Positions 58,722 through 64,000 of a stretch of DNA of 64,000 nt are shown here, in pieces. The position numbers were made by a program, and so were the translations under genes. The DNA lies in assembly GCA_965240325.2 (NCBI GenBank), contig OZ251248.1, forward strand, positions 806,001 through 870,000, read 5' to 3'. Every line of letters starts with the position of its first letter. Position 1 is the stretch's first letter. A model generated the notes under the pieces. It saw nothing but the letters and a program-made list of their open reading frames with translations. It had not been told where the DNA came from and ran no database searches. The stretch comes from Rebecca billardiae RCC1528. Taxonomy: Eukaryota; Protista; Haptophyta.

Positions 58722-59350
58722 AAGGGGGTTCAATCAAGGGCGGGGGAGAAAGCACAGCGGGGGATCCGGGACCATCAGGTGCGCCGTCCCGCCCGGCCTC
58801 TGGGAAATTGAGAGCCGGCCCGGTGTTTATCATTTCAGTGTGAATCCATCATCGGTCGGGACTCGGGACGGAACGAAAACTTTCGTCCCGGGGAGAGGCA
58901 GCCGGCCAGCGCCGCGCCCGCAGCAGCCCCGCCGCGCGGCGGGCGCCGAGCGGCGCCTCCGCGTGCAGAGCCGGGCCTCGGGCGCGAGCGAGCGAAGCGC
59001 CACAGCGAAGGCGTCTGGATGCGCGGCCTGCCCGGACCCGCGACTCAGCGTGTCCTTGTGCACAGAACGAACCCGAACCGGACTGCTGACCCCGAGGCCG
59101 ACCGCAGCACCAGCTGCCACCATCTCAGGGTTACCCGTGAGCTATACCCGCATAACCGAACTGTTATACAACTAAAACAGCATATACATTTCAAAACGAT
59201 ATAGAGCAAAACGTGTTCACATCATCGCTTTCTATGCGTATATATATATGGGAAAACACTACGCCGGACATTCAATTCCCGAGATACGAGAGCGGGACGG
59301 CGCACCTGATGGTCCCGCTGTGCTTTCTCCGCCCTTGATTGAACCCCCTT
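58722..59350. mobile_element. Non-autonomous element with ~100-bp terminal inverted repeats
   Basis: aagggggttcaatcaagggcgg..agaaagcacagcgg..gaccatcaggtgcgccgtcccgc at 58722 is mirrored at ~59250-59350. The superfamily is unclear. Confidence 0.7.
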
Positions 59351-59375
59351 ATTGGACGGACGATCGCGTCAGCGG

Positions 59376-59574
<199 letters not shown>

Positions 59575-60541
59575 TGCTGCATCACTGCAGCTGCTAGCTA
59601 CGCGACGACTAGTATAGCTGCCGTACCGGGCCGGCTGCTGTGATACTGCTCGGACGCCGAGTGCCAGCCGCGCCGCGTGATGCCCGCCGAGTCATCGCGG
59701 TAGTACAGTACCATTACTAACTACGGCAGTCCGAGCACGGAGCAGCGGCGGCCACGAGTGACTGATGGCACGCGGCACGGCCGGCAAGGCTGAAGGCAGA
59801 CGACGCGACGACGATGGCGGCGCCACTATAGTCTATACGGGCACTAGCCCATCACTAAGCGCAGCGAGTAGCGCAGTACGATCCGGATAAAGCGGCACGG
59901 TCAGTGCGCGTGCCGTGCCGCGGCACTTAAGTGCTGCGCCGACTGATGTGATGACACTGTGACTCTGCCCGAGGTACGGCCGCTACCGTATAGCACTGCG
60001 CAGTCGCGTAGCGTCGTCGTACGTATGATGAAGCGCATCGCCATCGGCGGTCAGCATCTTGCGCCATCTATCATCTGCTACTGCTACGACTGTCGTCAGT
60101 ACGACTCGGCTAGTCGTCGTCAGGAGTCATCAGTAAGCAGTCCGCCGCCCGGTACTCTGCGTCGGTAGTCGTAGTCGCGCGGCCCGTCCGCCACGCCTGG
60201 CGCTGCTAATGTCGACGGCCGCGGCTCAAGCAGCAGCTAGCTGCTACTAGTTACTCTAACTACTGACGTAGCTACCGACTACGCTCACGTCATCGATCGA
60301 TCTGCTGACGACGATGACCGTGCTGCTAGCCCAGGCGCCGACGGTGGCATCAGCATCGTAGTCGTCAGCATCAGCTCACCGCCACGCCCGATGACCCGGC
60401 CCAGTAGCCGCCGGCACGCGCATTATTCCGCGCGTGCTGAGTAGCTAGTAGCAGTCGCATCCATTCTCGCAGCGCGGCGTCGGCTGTGCAGTCGCGTCGC
60501 GATCCCGGGCCCAGACGCCTAACAGCTCGCCGGCAGCTGCG

Positions 60542-61880
60542 TCACGCCAGCCCCATCGCGTGCAGGTCGTCGCGCGCCGAGCGCGTCGCGCGCCCGAAGA
60601 GCGCGCCGGGCTCGAGCGCGTACGCCAGGATGGCGCCGGGCAGCGGCGCATCCTGGCGGTGCGGCTCCGGCGCGCGGCCGGCGCGGGGCGGCCCGGCGTC
60701 GGCGCCGGCGGCGCGCGGCGGCAGGCTCCGCCCCGCGACGTACAGCTGCGTCGCGCCCGCCGCGCCGGCCACGCTGATCGCCTCGGGCAGGTCCGGCACG
60801 GCGCGCCACTCCTGCAGGAGCGCCGAGTCCGGGACCGAGTCCGGGCGCTCCGGCGCGCGCGCGTCGCCGAGCCCGGGGCCGGCGCCGCGCTCGCCCGCGC
60901 CGCCCGGCGGGCCGGCGCGCACGGCGCGCGCCCAGCCTTCGCCCACGAGCACGGCCACGGCGCCGGCGGCGCCGCCACCCGCGCCCTGCTCCGACTCGGC
61001 GGCGCCGCCGCCACCCGCCGCGCCGCCGCCGCCGACGAAGCGCACGAAGTGCGCCGCGCCGCGCGCGCCGCCGCGCCGCGCGCCCGGCGGCGGCCAGAGC
61101 TCGCGCAGCGCGGCGCCGTTGGCGTGCACGACAACCGCGGCGGGCGTCGCCGCGGCCTCGGCGTCGGTGGCGCCCTCCGCGGCCGCGAGGCCGGCGGCGA
61201 CGTAGCCGAGCGGCGAGACGGCGAGGCAGCGCACGCGCGGCTCGGGCGGCGCGCGCGCCCCGCGCGGCGCGCGCCGAGGCGACGCGCGCGGCACGAACGC
61301 GCGCAGGCAGGCGCCGTCGGCCGTCGAGTGCAGGAGCACTCGGCCGCGCGCGTCGGCTGTCGCGGCGAGCCGCGCGCGCGCGCACAGCGCGCCGCACACG
61401 ATCGGCCGGCAGTGGCCGCGAAGGATGGCGGAGGGGCGGTCGGCGAGCGCGGGCGCGGGCGCGCCGGCGGCGCGCGCGCGCAGCACCGCCGCCGCGCGCG
61501 GCTCGCTCAGCGTCGGGTCGTGCGCGCGCCACAGCAGCGCGAGCCCGTCGCGCGCGGCCGTCAGCAGCAGACGACCGCCGCCGCCCGGCGTGGCACACAC
61601 GACAGTGACTGGCGCCGAGTGCCAGCGGACTCGGTGCACGGTGCTCCCGATGCCGTCCGGCCCGACGAGCGCGAAGCCGATCGCGCCGGCGCCCAGCCCG
61701 CCCCACACCGCGAGGAACGACGCGCCGCTCTGCGCGGCGGCAGCTGCTGAGATGATGGCGGCGGAGGGCGCGGAGGCTGGGTGCGCGCCGCCGGGCTGCG
61801 AGCTGCCCGCGGCTGCGGCTGCGGCGGCGGACGCGGACGCGGGGACCGCGGAGCCGCATGCAGCGCCGACGCTCGCCGCC

Positions 61881-61915
<35 letters not shown>

Positions 61916-64000
61916 CGCCGCCGCGCTCAGCGGCACAAGCGCCGCGCACTGCGTGCACGGCGCGTAGCAGCGCGCCGCGCGCGCGCCGCCGTGCCGCCTG
62001 TCGTCGTCGGCGGCGGCGCCGCCGGCCCGCTCCGGGCTGCCGGCCCGCAGCGGCAGCTGGATCAGTCCGAGGACCCCTAGCTCGACTGCGCCGGCCGCGC
62101 CGGGCGTGGCGCCGAGCGCATCGGCGCGCGGGGACGGCTCGAGGCTCGTCCGCACGAGCCGGAGCACGCACCACACGCCGCCGCCGCCATCGTCATCGCT
62201 GCTGCGCCGCCGCCGTCCGCCTGCGCCGGCGCCTCGCGGGCTGCGGCGCGGCTGCGGCGGCGGCGGCGCGGCCGCTGCGCCTTGGGAGCGAGCGGAGACG
62301 GCCACCGCCTCCGCAGCGGCGGCAGCCGGCGTCGGCGCGGCCCCGTGCGCCGGAGCCGCGTCGCCGCTGAGTGGCAGAGGGTCGGCCACGAGCGCCAGCA
62401 CGGCCTCGCTGCCGCCGCCGCCGCCGCCGCCGTCCGGCACGGCCGTCGGTGTCGGCGGCGCTGCGGCCGAGCCGACGCCGCCGGCGCCGCCGGTGGGCGG
62501 TGCTGCGCCGGCACCGCCAGCGCCAGCCGCCGTGCCGGGCGGCGGCGGCGGCGGCGCGGCGGCGGCGCCACCGCCGCCGCCGCCGCGGCCCGCGCCGAGC
62601 GGGGCGATGGCCAGGACCACGCGGCCGTGCGCGCGCGTCGTCAGCGGCCAGGGCGCGAGCGGCGCGCGCGCGAGTGGTGCGCGCAGCGCGTCCGCGGCAG
62701 TTGCCCAGTGCAGCGGGCGGCTGAGCGGCAGCAGCGGCCTGCGCTGCGGGTGCGGCGCGCGCCACAGCCGCGCGGGCGTCTGCCCGAACGCCGCCGCCTG
62801 CTCCCGGAGTGCCGCCCGTTCCACCGGACTCTCGATCGTCTCCAGCCGGACTGCAGCCGGGTAAGTCAGGTAGTAGAATAGATTCGCCGACGCCTCGGCG
62901 GCCGGCCCAGACTGCTTGTGCCCAAAGACAAGGTCGATCCAGCCGTGCAGGCTCGCCGAGACCGCCTCCGACTCGAGCGCGCGGCGGTGCACCTCCACGA
63001 ACGCGTGCGCGTCGCCGCGCGCCCAGCGGGGCAGCTCGACGTCGCCGAGCGTGACCCCATCCTGCCGCGTGCCGAGCGAATATCGGTTCCGGTTTTTTAA
63101 AAAGTCGGCGGCGCTGCCTGCGCGCGCGGTCGGGCGCGGGCGCGCGCGGCCGCGTGAGTGGTGGCCGGTGCGCGCCTCGGCGGCCAGCCCGGCCCAAGCG
63201 GCGGCGGCGGCGGTGGCATCCGCATCCCTCGCGCGCGTGCACGCACGCGGCGCGGTGCGCTGCCGGGCGGTTGTCGCGCCCGCGCGCATGGCTGCGCGCG
63301 TGCGCAGAGCGGGCCGCGACTCCACGGCAGCAGCAGCCGCGCGCGCCCACGCGAGTCTGCGCATAGACCAAGCAGCCGTCCAACACAAGCTATACACTCT
63401 GGACACACACGCATTTGCAAGCACATAGAGACACACCACCGACAATAACCACACACGAGTCGAGAACACTCCAAATAGAAACGGAATAGAAAAACCATAG
63501 AAAGACGCCGGCGCGCGCGCACCGTAAAACTCAGGGATCAGCTCCTTCACGTCAGAGAGGACTGAGAAGGCGGAGGCGGCGCACCGGACTATTGAGTCGA
63601 ACTGGCGGTCCGGCAGGTCGAAGCGGCCCTCCTGCACGGCGATGGCGCACGACGTGTACGGCTCGAGGCTGCGGGGTGGGCGGCGCGCGGCGGAGGGCTA
63701 GGCGTGTGAGCGACGCCGCAGCAGCCGCCACCGCCCCCACGGCGCTCGCGGCACCGCGCTCGCCGTCGCGCGCACTGCGCTCAGCCGCGCGTGGCGGCGC
63801 GGCGGCGCGGCCGCGCGCGCTCGCAGCCGGCGACAGCACGCGCGGGCGCGCGCGCGCGTACGGCGCGCGCACCGCAGCAGGAAGAAGAGCACGATCCCCA
63901 TCGACGAGTAGTGCGAGCCGTAGTGAAACGGAGGCACGCCGCCCTGTCCCGCGCCCGCCTGGCCGAGGTGGGTCAGGTCCATGCTTCGGTATCGCTCGGT
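60542..64000 (-). CDS. BEACH-domain / WD40 protein, 3' part
   Basis: FHYGSHYSS, GRFDLPDRQF, DVKELIPEFY, DVELPRWA and LHGWIDLVFGHKQSG, then WD40-like repeats (HSAPVTVV, LRGHCRPI). Introns 63872..63669 and 63522..63118. Confidence 0.9.

Overview
This is eukaryotic nuclear DNA with very high GC content and short GT-AG introns (typical donor GTGCGCG, acceptor CGCAG). The style fits a haptophyte alga such as Pavlova/Diacronema, which is an inference. After manual splicing I find 14 protein-coding genes. Left to right: a giant IQ + CEP164-like WW protein (- strand, runs off the left edge); a 4x guanylate-kinase + LRR protein (LRGUK-like, reversed domain order, two apparent frameshifts); a ~19.6-kb intronless polycystin-1-like receptor (signal peptide, extensin SPPP stalks, plant-type LRRs, IPT, REJ, GPS, 5 TM, IQ, EF-hands, no channel domain); DNAJC25; an AsmA-like protein; an orphan ORF; a Kv channel; a head-to-head pair of MUB/UBL3 and a membrane-anchored USP; a hybrid histidine kinase (H-NOX, TM, HisKA, HATPase, REC); two F-box/RCC1 paralogues flanking an LtrA-family gene; and the 3' end of a BEACH/WD40 gene. 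Mobile DNA includes an internally deleted hAT transposon (8-bp TSD, BED finger) nested inside a ~340-bp inverted repeat, a second hAT MITE with an 8-bp TSD, two further TIR elements and a long (AT)n tract. The best candidates for novel biology are the single-chain H-NOX hybrid kinase (a possible eukaryotic NO-sensing phosphorelay) and the channel-less LRR-extensin polycystin. Most long ORFs in the supplied track are GC-driven shadows of these genes. All domain calls come from motif recognition by eye, not database searches.
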